DNA of 62,000 nt from Octopus vulgaris (GCA_951406725.2 OX597815.1:35608001-35670000); one strand, 5' to 3'; positions 9,870 through 24,413 are shown, counted from the stretch's first letter. A program made the numbers and translations. Notes: generated by a model not told the origin, from the sequence alone.

Positions 9870-12372
9870 AACTTTAAATTCCGTCAGTACGCAGTGAGTT
9901 TATGAGTGGGATAAATAATTTGTCCTGTGATGCAAGCTGGAGGTTTTTCAAAGAAAGAGTGTACGAGATTTGTAGTAACATTCTTGGCTTTGTTGTAAAA
10001 AAAAAAACACCAAGTTTGGTTTGACGATAATGATGAAGTTAATCTTATCTTAGAGGAGAAGCGAAAGGCAGTGGCTACATATTTCAAGGCTGTAAAAGCA
10101 ACAGTGCAGAGGAATTGGTGGTGTGATAGATGCGATAAAATCCAAGAAGCCTCAAATGCTAACAATTCTAAACTTTTTTACTCTCTTGAAAAATGTTTAT
10201 GGACCAGTTTCATCAAAGGTTGTGCCACTTCGGTGCAAGGATGGCACAGAATTATTAACAAATCCTAAAGATATTGTTGGGAGGTGGAAAGAACATTTTG
10301 ATGAGTTGCTCAATAGACCCACTGAAGTTGATCTCTCTTTTCTTGATAATATACCCGAGAGACCAATAAAACGTCTTATAGCAGAAGTTCCAAACCTGGC
10401 TGAAATAAAAGCAGCAATTAGGAAATTGAACAATGGAAAAGCCCCTGGTATGGATGGACTAGATGCAGTGATATATAAATATGGTTGTGATCATCTTTGT
10501 GCAATGCTGACGGATGTGATTCCTCCGGATTGGCGTGATGCAACTATTGAGATACTATATAAATCTAAAGGTGGAAAGGATGTTTGTGATAATTATCGCG
10601 GCACCTGTCTGTTACCTGTTGCTGGAAAGGTCCTTTGTAGGTTAATGCTGGATAGATTGCTTCTGCACATTGCTGATGAGGTTCTACCAGAATCGCAATG
10701 TGGGTTTAGGGATAGTAGTAGTACTATTGATATGATATTTTCGGCTAGACACTTGCAAGAGAAGTGCATCGAACAGGATATGGACTAATACCTGGTTTTC
10801 ATTGACCTAACAAAAGCGTTTGACTCTATCAATAGAATTGCACTTTGGGAGACCCTAAAAAGCTAGGATGCCCTGAAAAATTTGTGAGAATTTCATAACA
10901 AGATGGAAGTGAGAGTTAATGTTAGGGGTACCTTATCAGATCCAATTTCTGTAGAAAATGTTCTAAAGCAAGGTGATATTCCTGCTCCTGCACTGTTTGC
11001 TATACATTTCGCAATAGTCTATCAAATAGCTTTTAAAGATTGCCTTGAAGGGGTCTACATAAGATATAGGACAACAGGAAAACTGTTTAATCTCAAAAGA
11101 CTCTGTGCCAAAACGAAAGTTCTGCATTCTCACCATGTTGAGTTTCTGTGTGCAGATAATTGTGACCTGTTGGCACATTCTCAGAAAAATATGCAGCACA
11201 AAGTGAATGCGATTTCTGCAGCATGTGCAGTATTGGGTCTAACAATCAATCTAAAAAAAACTGTTGTAATGTACCAGCCCGCTCCCTCCAAGATGTATGT
11301 GGAACCTTTTATAACTGTGAATGGTCAAAGGTTGGAGACTGTACCTAGATTTAGTTATTTAGGAAGTACCTGGAGCACTGCTGGTCTTGATGATGAAATT
11401 TCATACAGAATCAGCAGGGCTAGTAATGCTTTTCGTAGGATTGATAGGCGTCTGTAGAAACAACATAATATATCTTCACGGATTAAAGTGAAGGTATGTA
11501 ACACATGCGTCTTCCCATCAATGTTATATGGAAGTGAGGCAAGGGTTGTTTATTGTAGGCAGGTAAGGTAATTGGAACGATTTCATCAATACTGTCTGAG
11601 AAAAATTTTGGGGATAAACTGAAAAATGTCCATTAATAATGTGGAGGTGCTTGAGAGGAGTGGCAGTAGAAGTATAGAGTCAATGATTTTGCAAAGACGT
11701 TTGAGGTGGGGGGAGAACATTCGGTAAGGATGAGTGATGAGCGACTGCCCAAGCAGCTATTGTATGGTGAGCTGGAAGATCGTAGGTGACCAGCGCATAA
11801 GCCTAAACTAAGGTTTAAGGATTGCGTTAAAATTGCTCTAATAAAGAGAGGAATTGCAGCTTGTAATTGGGAGAGGGAGGCACAAGACCGTGATGGATGG
11901 GGGAAGATAGTGCATGATAGTTGTTCAAGGTTTGAGAGGGAGAGAGTGAAGTATGAGAGAATAAGGAGGGGGCTTAGAAGGGGGGAACCTGTGGAAAGAG
12001 AGAGAGTTTTGCTTTTTATATGTGTGGCTTGTGGGCGGAGGTGTTTGAGTCGTGCAGGCCTGGTGAGCCACGAAAATTCTTATAGAAATCGACCCATGAT
12101 AAACAATGATGTGGCTATTAAAATTCATAGCAAAACGTGTCTAAAATGTGGAAAGGTGTGCCTCTCAGTTGGAGGTTTAAAAAGATATGTTAAGAGAGTG
12201 CATATGGTGGCACCTGTTACTCCTGCCAGCCAGCACAGTTGTCTAGTATGTAATAAAATGTGTAAAACACTGGCTGGGCTTAAAAGTCATATAAGAGCAT
12301 CACATGGCAACAATCATGAATCATGTCAGTAAGTCTTCTTGGCAATGGTTTTTCTCGTGCAACGAGGATGCA
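9870..12372 (+). mobile_element. 5'-truncated RTE-clade LINE (BovB-like) with disrupted RT ORF2
   Basis: KKHQVWFDDND, GKAPGMDG, NYRGTCLLPVAGKVL, LPESQCGFR, TIDMIFSAR.LQEKC, FIDLTKAFDS, LKQGDIPAP, FLCADNCDL (decayed YADD), FSYLGS and KQLLYGEL; several frameshifts and stops. Confidence 0.95.
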
Positions 12373-12473
12373 GCTGTTATATGTATATATGTATGTATAT
12401 GTATGTATGTAAATATATATATATGTACGTGTGTATATATGTATGTATATGTATGTATGTACAAATATATATG

Positions 12474-12529
<56 letters not shown>

Positions 12530-12568
12530 AGTATATATGTTTATATATATATATATATATACACACAA

Positions 12569-13084
12569 AAAAGATAGATGGCATGACAGGCCTCGACTAT
12601 TGGGGTCGACTAGAAAAGCTAAAACTCTATTCTCTCCAACGTCGTCGTGAGCGCTACATCATCTGCATGATGTGGAAAATATTCCATCAGCATTGCCCAA
12701 ATGATGTTGGCATCACCTTTAAGGTACATCCAAGGCTTGGGCCCCGTGCCATCCGCCCAAAACAAAAATCGCACTCTCATCTCATAACAACAATACGGCA
12801 CAATTATTTCACCTCAATTGGCCCCGCTCCCTTTAACATTACACCAAAACACATTAAAACAGAAACTGACCCTATAGGGTTCAAGAAGTCTTTGGACAGA
12901 TTCCTTCAAGAAATCCCGGATAAACCCCCTACACCCGGATATGTCTCTGTAAACAATAACTCTCTACTTGAGTGGGCCATAGTGCCCAAATTCTGACTTG
13001 AAAGACTTCACCAGGTGGTGCTATTAAGTTAGACATGGCCTGGGCCAATAATGGCCGAAACCTATCAAAGTATCAAAGTAAAGT
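12569..13084 (+). mobile_element. CR1/L2-group LINE 3' end
   Basis: [22 protein letters not shown]...FKKSLDRFLQEIPDKP is typical of the CR1/L2 ORF2 C-terminus; short tandem tail (tatcaaag)2. Confidence 0.85.
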
Positions 13085-13121
13085 ATATGTGTGTGTGTGT
13101 GTATGTATGTGGGGGGGTGTA

Positions 13122-13465
13122 GAGGCGCAATGGCCCAGTGGTAAGGGCAGCGGACTCGACGTTGTAGGATCGTGGATTCGATTCCCAGACCGAGTGTTGT
13201 GAGTGTTTATTGAGCGAAAACACCTAAAGCTCCACGAGACTCCGGCAGGGGAGGGGGGCACCCCTGCTGTACTCTTTCACCACAACTTTCTCTCACTCTT
13301 TCTTTCTGTTTCTGCTGTACCTGTATTTCAAAGGGCCAGCCTTGTCACACTCTGTGTCACGCCGAATCTCCCCGAGAACTACGTTAAGAGTACACGTGTC
13401 TGTGGAGTGCTCAGCCACTTGCACGTTAATTTCACGAGCAGGCTGTTCCGTTGTAACAGACGGAG
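13122..13465 (+). mobile_element. SINE family C (tRNA-derived)
   Basis: A box tggcccagtggt and B box ggattcgattccc; homologous to the copies at 20575, 26950 and 27925. Confidence 0.85.
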
Positions 13466-13474
13466 TGCCAGGTA

Positions 13475-15083
<1,609 letters not shown>

Positions 15084-15086
15084 TAT

Positions 15087-15173
<87 letters not shown>

Positions 15174-15174
<1 letters not shown>

Positions 15175-15450
15175 CAGCTCATCCCATATGTTCTGTCCGA
15201 TTTTACCTTTTTTAAAATTGAATGAAATTTAATAGTATTTTAGAATGTCTAATGGAATTAAAATTATTTTTATGCATTTGTGTACATTTAAACTAATTAG
15301 ATATTATAATACAGAATAATAAAATTAAAATTTCTTTGAATAAAACCCTTTCTAACATGTAAGTATCCAAATAACATTTAAGGCACATAATGCTTTATGA
15401 GTACAAAAAAGGAAAGTCTGCAGCCGAAGCGACTCGAAACATACACTCAG
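15174..15450 (+). mobile_element. Mariner 5' fragment (same family as 45016-46272)
   Basis: TA plus TIR tcagctcatcccatatgttctgtccga, and the start of the transposase (RHIMLYEYKKGKSAAEATRNIHS). Confidence 0.9.
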
Positions 15451-16200
15451 AGATCTTCGATGCTGCCATCCCGAACTACAACCGGGCTCTGGCTGCCAGC
15501 GATTTTAAGGATAGTATTAGTTACATACCAGACCCTATCCCCACCAAGGGAAAGCGCCACCGGAAAGTACTGTGGTTCACACTGCCATTCTCTTTAAGCA
15601 GTAGATAAGAACTTCCTTTGTTTAATTGATAGACACTTTCCTCGTACCAATATAGTTTACGAAATATTTAATAGACATACTCTGAGACTATCTTTTAGCT
15701 GTGCACCTAGATTAAAAAAAGATTTTAGTAGGTAGACCCAGACCCAAGACTGAAGCATGATGCTCATGTAGGGTTAACACAACTTGTCCACTAAACGGCC
15801 AATGCAATACAGAAACAGTTGTTTCCGAGGCAGAAGTACAGCTTCAGGACCCAATGGACAACCGATCGTGCAGAAATATGTGGAGGCAACGGAAGGCCCC
15901 TTCAGAACCCGCTATAATAACCACAAGTCCTCATTTAACATTCTAGAGAGACTAACGCCACGACCCAAGCCAAGCACAACTGGGCTTTAGAAGAAAGCAC
16001 CACGGAGTACAGCATAAAGAGGAAGATCATGGAAAGATGCAATCCGTACTTCAATAGTAGCAGGAAGTGCAGACTATACGTGGCTGAGAAGAGATCGATT
16101 TTAAAAGGTACCTAACACCCAGATGTTTACCTCAGTAACAGGAGCGAGGTGTTTAGTCCTTTTCTGCATGAAAAAAAGTATATTCTGTCGTACCTACGCG
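15451..16200 (+). mobile_element. Penelope-like element fragment (RT C-terminal linker plus GIY-YIG endonuclease), disrupted
   Basis: AAIPNYNRALAAS, RKVLWFTLPFS, LIDRHFP...IFNRHTLRLSFSC, KYVEATEGPFRTRYNNHKSSF and KCRLYVAEK. Confidence 0.85.
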
Positions 16201-16704
16201 ACCCACCATGACTGCAACCACAGGTCCCGTGCCTCGACCTTCCGTAAACGACCTCCCGCCAATGCCCTTGGGCCCACCAAAAAGATTTTGACCAAGACAC
16301 ACACCAACGCACCCATGTACACACGCCCATCCCCATAAGGCGGACACCCCGCATATAATTATCCTCCAGCACATACACCCTCACGTAAATTGTACCCCCA
16401 CATATAAACAGACACCCCCCCACACACACACACACACATACACATATATTACACACCGTACCTAATATATAAAAAACACCAAAGTGTTGTCCTTTACAGA
16501 AAGAAAACAGAGCAACGAACACAGCGCTATATATATCTACACCCCGCGAAAAATTTATACATATGACACCGCTACACATACTATACACCACGCAGAAACA
16601 CCACATTATTAATACAAACTCTTGCCGACTTCACAACATACCTAACCAAGGGACATAACTCCCAGCTAAATCCCTGGGCCTTTTTTTCATTTCACCGACA
16701 CACG

Positions 16705-16855
16705 ACGGGCTTCTTTCAGTTTTCCGTCAACTAAATCCACTCACTTTGATCAGCCCGAGGCTATCGTAGAAGACACTTGCCCAAGGTGCCATGCAGTGGA
16801 ACTGAACCCGGAACCATGTGGTTGGGAAGCAAGCTTCTTACCACACAGCCACGAC
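16705..16855 (-). mobile_element. SINE family A 5' half
   Basis: Reverse complement of the tggctgtgtggtaagaagcttgc...gaaagaagcccgtcg consensus. Confidence 0.9.
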
Positions 16856-16892
16856 CACATATAAATCTCTGAACGAGGTATAGGGCACAGAA

Positions 16893-17123
16893 GGCGGCGA
16901 GCTGGCAGAAACGTTAGCTGGCCGGGCGAAATGCGTAGTCGTATTTTGTCTGCCGTTACGTTCTGAGTTCAAATTCCGCCGAGGTCGACTTTGCTTTTTA
17001 TCCTTTCGGGGTCGATAAATTAAGTACCAGTTACGCACTGGGGTCGATGTAATCGACTTAATCCGTTTGTCTGTCCTTGTTTGTCCTCTCTGTGTTTAGC
17101 CCCTTGTGGGTAGTACAGAAATA
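16893..17123 (+). mobile_element. SINE family B, full-length, with TSD
   Basis: Complete ggcggcgagc...gaaata; atagggcacagaa duplicated at 16880-16892 and 17127-17139. Confidence 0.95.
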
Positions 17124-17245
17124 GGCATAGGGCACAGAAAGTGTGTCAATAGCCAGCTGGAGATGATGTTCTCCCGGAGCTACAAGCTACAGTAGCATCC
17201 ACCCTTAGTGGTTAGCCACATTTAAGTGGCAAATATACTTCAAAA

Positions 17246-17344
<99 letters not shown>

Positions 17345-17691
17345 TATTGTGTGTCTTGCTTATAGGAAAATAACGAGATGGACACAGTTGAAATACTTTC
17401 AATCATAGGTTTACTTAATCAGGACCATCCCGAGATTAAACAACAACGACAATCAAATATTTATCCGCTGATATTCATTTTATCAATTAAACTATTACTC
17501 ATTCTCTGAATGTGAATCTCCCATAATTAACATCTAACTGATTTTTTTGACAGTTTTATCCCAAACTAACATTACTGATTTAAGTAGGTAGCTGTGTGCG
17601 TCAAATTCATAAGCACTGAGTACTCAACTATAACCACGGGTTAATAAATTTCAAGTGCAATGATATAGCCTCTAGGATGTCTATAATGTGT

Positions 17692-17744
<53 letters not shown>

Positions 17745-18499
17745 TGTGTGTGTGTGTGTTTCACTGTAGAAGTTCCATTCCCAAATTAAATGCAACTGAA
17801 TACAAGTAAGGCTTATCTATTCCTTTATTTAAAATACGATACGTCACAAAGTCTCTTTATTTTTGAAGTCAGAAAAGTCTCCAGAATACATCAGCTTACA
17901 AAAAAACCTGTCTATCTTTAGTAATCACTAGTGTATCTTTCAGAAACAAAATATTTGTATCTAGAAAACTTTTCGTTCTTGCGACCTTAGACTACACTCA
18001 AAAACATTTATGCACACGTACACTTATCAGCGTTTGTATAACTATTTTTGTTTGTGGATAACTGCGTAGTGAGTGCAAATTTTGTTGTGTAGATGTCACG
18101 TATGCACTCATAACACCGACCTGTGTCTACCTATTGAACTACAGCAGTACAAGATAATATATTAAACAAATGTTATCAGGGAAGATAACACTCATCTGCC
18201 ATAAATATAGTAAGATCCTGTTAGTATTAGAATATTTGGTTACAAATTTCTAGAATGAGAAAGCTAAGTATGGCAATACTGAATTCATGAACTGAAACTA
18301 GATTAAACTAAACAACGATGGTCCAACGGCAACACCTACAAAACATAGGCAGGACCATTATTGAAATAAATAATCTGCTTGCGTCAGATATGATAGAGAA
18401 ACCGTGTTTCATGAGCTGGAATCAAAATAGAAATCCACTACGCAGTCGTTTGATGTGCTGGAGATAGTAACCAAATCTCTATCGAATTACTCTCACAAA

Positions 18500-18653
<154 letters not shown>

Positions 18654-19099
18654 AACGGTGGTTATCATAGCAGCATTGCCTTTGACCATCGTCCACTCGA
18701 TTCAGTTGGAATCGTCGGGAAAAACAACCTAATCTGCTAGAGTGTATTTTAGTCATATTTACTAGTTATTCCTATCAGCACTACATACAGCACCTAACAG
18801 CCAATACTGTTTCTAGCATCTCCAAAACAATGCCATAACAATCGTTACCACCACTACTGTCACCATCACCACCAAAAGGAATCAGGGAACTTCTGTCTGA
18901 TCAATCGACCTGTTAGAAACTGAAACCAAGTTTCCCTCAAACCATACCCGCCTTTCTTGAAATTCTAAGAAGGAGAAATTAGATAATGCAATCTTAGATA
19001 CACTATATTCGATAAAAAACGGTATGGTCAAGTTTGGGACACCTTTGATCATAGGTTTAACGCCACCGAGGCTGACTTGGAGCAAAACAGTAAGAACAA

Positions 19100-19683
19100 C
19101 ATTAACAAAGCAACAACAACCCAACTACAATCATTACAAATGCCATTGCGACACCTTCTACCACAACCGCTAACCCACCATGACCATCAACATCACCATC
19201 ACCACTGTCATAACCACCATAACTACCTAGCAACAACCCAAACACCACCACCACCACCATCACTGTATTCATCATCATCATCGCTATCAACACTATGAAA
19301 ATGTCCTATAACTTGTATCGGATCGTTATAATTCGAACCCCGTCTTCGTGGCATTTCCTATGGGTCAATCATGCCCTTATCGACTAAGGAGGGGAAAATC
19401 TCAAATACGAGATGCAGCTGAAACCAAATGGCTTAATCAGGTATCGAAACTGCATCACATTTACTCCAAAGGACTTTACTAATGTGTGGTTGGTAATATT
19501 AGTGCATTTGTTGCCCAGTTTAACACCAACATCTGGTCCTTGGAGGGCTTTAACAGTGTCCGATTACCTGACTGGGGCTAAACAACAATAACTATTAAAA
19601 GTACCAGCAATACACTTTCTATCCAACAACACTGCACTATCACTATTAATATTAGTCTTCAATCCCAATACACCACCAATCAA

Positions 19684-19763
<80 letters not shown>

Positions 19764-19990
19764 ATACTACTACTAATACCATGAAAACAATGATCCAATC
19801 ACTGTCATCATCATCATCATTGTTATAATCGCGACCACACGCCCCATAACTCCCTAACAACAATACACCACCATCACTCACCAATGAAATTTCACAACCA
19901 ACACCACTCCCCGCCCACAATAATGCCCCTACTTTTACTACTACTACTACTACCACCACCACCACCACCACCACCACCATCACCATTCCT
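19100..19990. repeat. Trinucleotide low-complexity region: (CAC/CAT)n and (TAC)n at 19685-19775
   Basis: Directly visible. Confidence 0.9.
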
Positions 19991-20186
19991 CATCAGATAT
20001 TCGGATTGCATGTATTAGAACTGAGTTTCAGCTTTGAAGATAACTCAATGTATCGAGGCATTGCTTCTAGGAAACGTTCACTGGTCCTACAAAAAATAGC
20101 GTTCAAATCTCTTTCAAATCACACCCTAGAGGATCAAGAGAAGAAGGATATATTGAGAAATGTAGTCCTAGATACACCATATCTGA

Positions 20187-20217
<31 letters not shown>

Positions 20218-20574
20218 CCACAGTATGATCAAGGCTACAGCCTAATTTGATCATGGCTCATCAAACAGAGGTAAAACAAGAGCGACAAGGATAACTATCT
20301 AAGGAGGAGGAAGAGGAGGAGGACAGCAACAATAACAATTACAACAGCTAAAAGTCACAAGTCATGATTTCTACCTCCAGTCGCAGGGAAGCTTTGCAAA
20401 GGTCGTGGGTGGTGCTCTTCCTCCTCTGACTAGGCCATAAAATATAAATTTAATTAAAAATGTCCTTGTTTAATAATACATTTACATGTGCGTGTGTATG
20501 CACGCGCGCGCGTGTATTTATATATGTGTATATCTATATAAATATGTATACATATATACATGTATGCATATATT

Positions 20575-20872
20575 GTTTGTTCCTTCTCGAGCCACCCCTG
20601 GCTCATAAGGGCAGGTTTCCCGGTTTCCTTAGCGTATAAGTACCCCACCTAGACGGGACGCCGGTCCGTCGCAGATGAACTGCAAGATGCAGGAGGAAAG
20701 ATGAGAGAAAGTTGTGGCGAAAGAGTCAGCAGAGGTTCACCATTACCTTCTGCCGGATCTGCGTGGAGCTTAGGTGTTTCGCTCATAAACACACACGTCG
20801 CCCGGTCTGAGATTCGAACCCGCGATCCCTCGACCGCGAGTCCGCTGCTCTAACCACTAGGCCATGTGCCTC
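20575..20872 (-). mobile_element. SINE family C
   Basis: Reverse-complement head tggaggcacatggcctagtggttagagcagcgg...gggttcgaatctc; the 3' part differs from the 13122 copy. Confidence 0.85.
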
Positions 20873-20978
20873 CACATGCATATATGTATGTATGCATGTA
20901 TGTATGTATGTATGTATGTATGTATGTATGTATGTATGTATGTATGTATGTATGTATGTATGTATGTATGTGCATGTA

Positions 20979-21019
<41 letters not shown>

Positions 21020-21039
21020 CATGATAGACCGCTAACCAT

Positions 21040-21200
21040 TATACATTCTTCATTTTCTCTCCTTGTTTCTTTTTGTGGAAGAGCGCAGGCTCGAAACGTT
21101 AAAAACTTTTTCACTTCCCGAGCGTTATACTAATACATCTGTTTGTTGTCTACACCACCTGCCTTCGTCTTAAATTTGTTTGTTTTTTGTGAATTCACCC
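21040..21200 (+). mobile_element. Short Penelope-like terminal fragment
   Basis: gaagagcgcaggctcgaaacgtt motif shared with the PLE-like module at 55386; bounded by TA tracts. Confidence 0.45.
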
Positions 21201-21231
<31 letters not shown>

Positions 21232-21934
21232 GACACACACACAAACACATACACGCAAACATACACACACACACATACACGCACACATATACATATGTAT
21301 ATAATCACCACCATCGAGATGGCTATCAAGGCCGCCGTCACTACTTCCACCAACACCAATATCATCTTCAAAACCACCAACAGCGAAGTCAAGGTTTTAT
21401 TGTTTCTTTACAACAGTCGTTGAAACTAAAATCGCAAGACACTTGTGTCACTCTCTTTCTCTCTACTATTATATCTTGTTCACCTTCCTTTCTTCCTCTC
21501 TCTCAATTACTTCTTATTACTTGACCTTTCTTTATATTCATTCTTTTTAAGTGAAATTATACTTCATTTACGTCATCGGATGCCATATGTTGCCAAATGT
21601 CTGCATGCGTGCGCCTGTATGACTGTGAATATGTATATGAAAATAATGTGTACGAGTATATGTGTGCATGTGTACATGTGCACGTACGTGTCTGTGTGTG
21701 TAGGTTAAAGATGCACACGTGCTTCATAGTAAGCCTTTTGATTCATTTAGAAAAGGAAAACGAGGAATTTTTTTTTTGAAGTGTCCAATAATTAATTAGA
21801 ATTTAACGAAAACTATAACAATAAATATCTGTGTAGGAAATAAAATGAGATGGTGGGGTATCTCGAACATCATTTAGGAGACACACGGACGCACACGCAC
21901 AGTTATGGCAAAACATAAGTCTGTATGTATGCAA

Positions 21935-22064
21935 ATAGTGATAAATCTTATTGCTTCCCAAGCACATATTTCCAGGTTCAGTACCACTGCATGCCACCTA
22001 CAATCTCGGGTCGACAAAAGTCTTGCGAGTGGATTTGGTGGACAGAAATTGAAAGAAGCCCGTC

Positions 22065-22101
<37 letters not shown>

Positions 22102-22870
22102 CAAAATAAGCAACAAGGATATCCATAGTTAATGCAATACGATCGTTTCATGCGACTCCATTTAACTGATCAATGTAATCATTTCATTACATCAATTTAA
22201 AATGTAGAGCAATCTTCAGCTGCACAAAGACATAGAATTTAATTAAATTAGAAGGACACATTAGTATAATTTTACCTAAAATCTCCAACAGGATAAGGAG
22301 ATAGACAAAAAACATGTTTTACCAACATCATAGTTGTAACTTATCATAGTTGTAACTACACATTAGGTATAATTATACTAATGTGTCCATCTGTTCTAAT
22401 TTAATTAAATTCTATGTCTTTGTGCAGCTGAAGATTGCTCTACATTGTAATTTGATGTAATGAAATGATTGCATTGATCAGTTAAATGGAGTCGCATGAA
22501 ACGATCGTATTGCATTACCTCTGGATATCCTTGTTGCTTATTTTGATTTAAATCACTTTATTTTGAAATTGTATGGATAATACCGTACTAAATTCTGGTG
22601 CCTCAACCTAAGTACCATATTCATCTGAATCTAAATTTATATATATATATATATATATAATGTGTGTGTTTGTCACCCACCACCGCTTTCCAACCGGTGT
22701 TGGTGTGTTTACGTCCCCGTAACTTAGTGGTTCGAGAAAGGGATTAATAGAATAAGTACCAGGCTTTAAAAAAATTGTACTGAGGTCGACTCATTCGACT
22801 AAAAATTCTACAAGTCGGTGCCCCAGCATGGCTGCAGTCTAATAACTGAAGCAAGTAATAGATAAAAAGA
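21935..22870 (+). mobile_element. SINE family A split by a fold-back insertion in its internal (TA)n
   Basis: The 5' half ends gaaagaagcccgtcg near 22065; the 3' half resumes tgtttgtc...ggtgtgtttacgtcccc near 22660. Confidence 0.8.
22099..22637. repeat. Asymmetric fold-back element (~175-bp arms, 100-bp spacer, ~90-bp tail) in (TA)n
   Basis: 22099-22271 is the reverse complement of 22371-22548; a single-arm homologue lies at about 40950-41190. Confidence 0.9.
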
Positions 22871-23234
22871 ATAGATGATTTGCCATAAACATCCCCAAGA
22901 AATAACGATAAAATAAATCAAATATTAATCAATGGCATAGTTAGTGTGTGCGGCCCGAAACAGCCCTTGTTTCCCCACCTGCTCACGGCCCCACCAATCT
23001 TATACAGGCTTATACAACAAACTCAAAATACCGCCCCACCATAATAGCGTCGCCCGGACGAACCGTCTCCAAGTACCCGCTCCCTAACTATTCTATTGAT
23101 ATTAATTCATGAGGTTCATGCAGAACCGTGAGACTCCAAACAATAATTTGTCTGTCCATTCTAAATACGTTCTGGAAGATTCTGGTCGCAGTTATTTTTC
23201 ATCATTGGAGAACATTTCCTTTTCGATAACGTCA

Positions 23235-23620
23235 ATGACCAGTGTAAAAGAACTTAGCGACATCGTGGTGTTTCAACCTTTTTGAGTGTCTCCTCAGATA
23301 AAGCTACCCGGACCGATAATTCTAAAAGGAGTACAGGCCCTTGTTTATAGAAATCAGCAAACAAATTATTTACTGGTATATGTTTATGTCTGCGAAACAG
23401 ATGATAATTCATGAGGCACACACAAAAAGCGAGAATCCAAACAAAAAAGTATGTATTCATTCTCAAGGCATTTTGAACACAAACATCTTGTTCTTTTTGT
23501 TATTGGAGAAGAGCCTGTATTCTTGTTAGATTCATCGGGCTGACGGAGTAGCTTCGACTGAGATGCTCAATAAGGTCGAAACACCGTGGTTTCTCATGTT
23601 CCCTTACATTTGTGAATTGC
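23235..23620. repeat. Old diverged inverted repeat (arms about 23235-23345 and 23505-23620)
   Basis: gcctgta.tc.t.ttaga.t.atcgg...gtagctt...ctgag...aaggt.gaaacacc is present on both strands. Confidence 0.65.
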
Positions 23621-24413
23621 ATGTGTTTTGAACAGACATCGACTAAAGAGAGATATTCTCAGACAAAAAAGAAAAAAAACCACAAAGATCAGATATTCTC
23701 ATTAGAAACTTCTAGGATATAGGGTGCACTGAGTATGAATAAATACATCATTGTAAATCAAATATCTTAAATGAATCTATGAATGGATGACATCTTAACT
23801 ACGATGTAAATGATGGTTTTAATAAGAAAAGCTACAAGAAAAATATAGACAACAAAATAGAGTAAGAACATAAGTAAGAAATTAGTGGTGACGAATAAAA
23901 GCTAAACAGAAATTATTCATCACAACGGCTTTCATTCAACATGTTCAGTCTATGTATCTAAGATCTGAATGAAAGACATCGTTTTCTACAGAGGCATGCC
24001 ACCTACATCATCGCATGTCTGTTGACTCTGTCTATGAAGAATAGATGGTGCTGTTGTTTGCTTCCATATCAGCGCATTTGTTTGTGTGTGAATGTATGCA
24101 TGTGTATTTGTATATGTAAGCGTGTGCGTCAAGAATCGTGTCTGTTTGTCTCTTACGAAGAGAGAAAATATGGCAATCGCTGATTCCAGTCATTGTTTGA
24201 ATACACTTAATCTGGTTCTTTGCGTTCTGAGTTCAAATCCTGTTATAGCCTAGATGTGTGGTAGACTTCATTCGTCGCCCAGTTTAATACCATCACTTAA
24301 TTCTTGGCTACCTTTAATTGAGTCTATTCTATTGCAAGAATTCAGGCCACAGTGTCTCCTGCTTGATGATAACAGTATGTCTGTTTGTCTGTCTGTCTCT
24401 GTCTCTGTCTGTC

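Noticed and set aside
11910-12332. Host C2H2 zinc-finger gene
   Set aside because: In frame with, and contiguous to, the RTE ORF2 remnant; lacks TGEKP linkers.
13122-13200. tRNA genes at SINE heads (also 41708, 51129, 16893)
   Set aside because: A and B boxes are present, but there is no convincing cloverleaf and each continues into a multicopy SINE body.
23254-23466. 70-aa ORF with a hydrophobic N-terminus
   Set aside because: Lies within the diverged inverted repeat, has a GTG/TTG-type start, and shows no recognisable domain or splice context.
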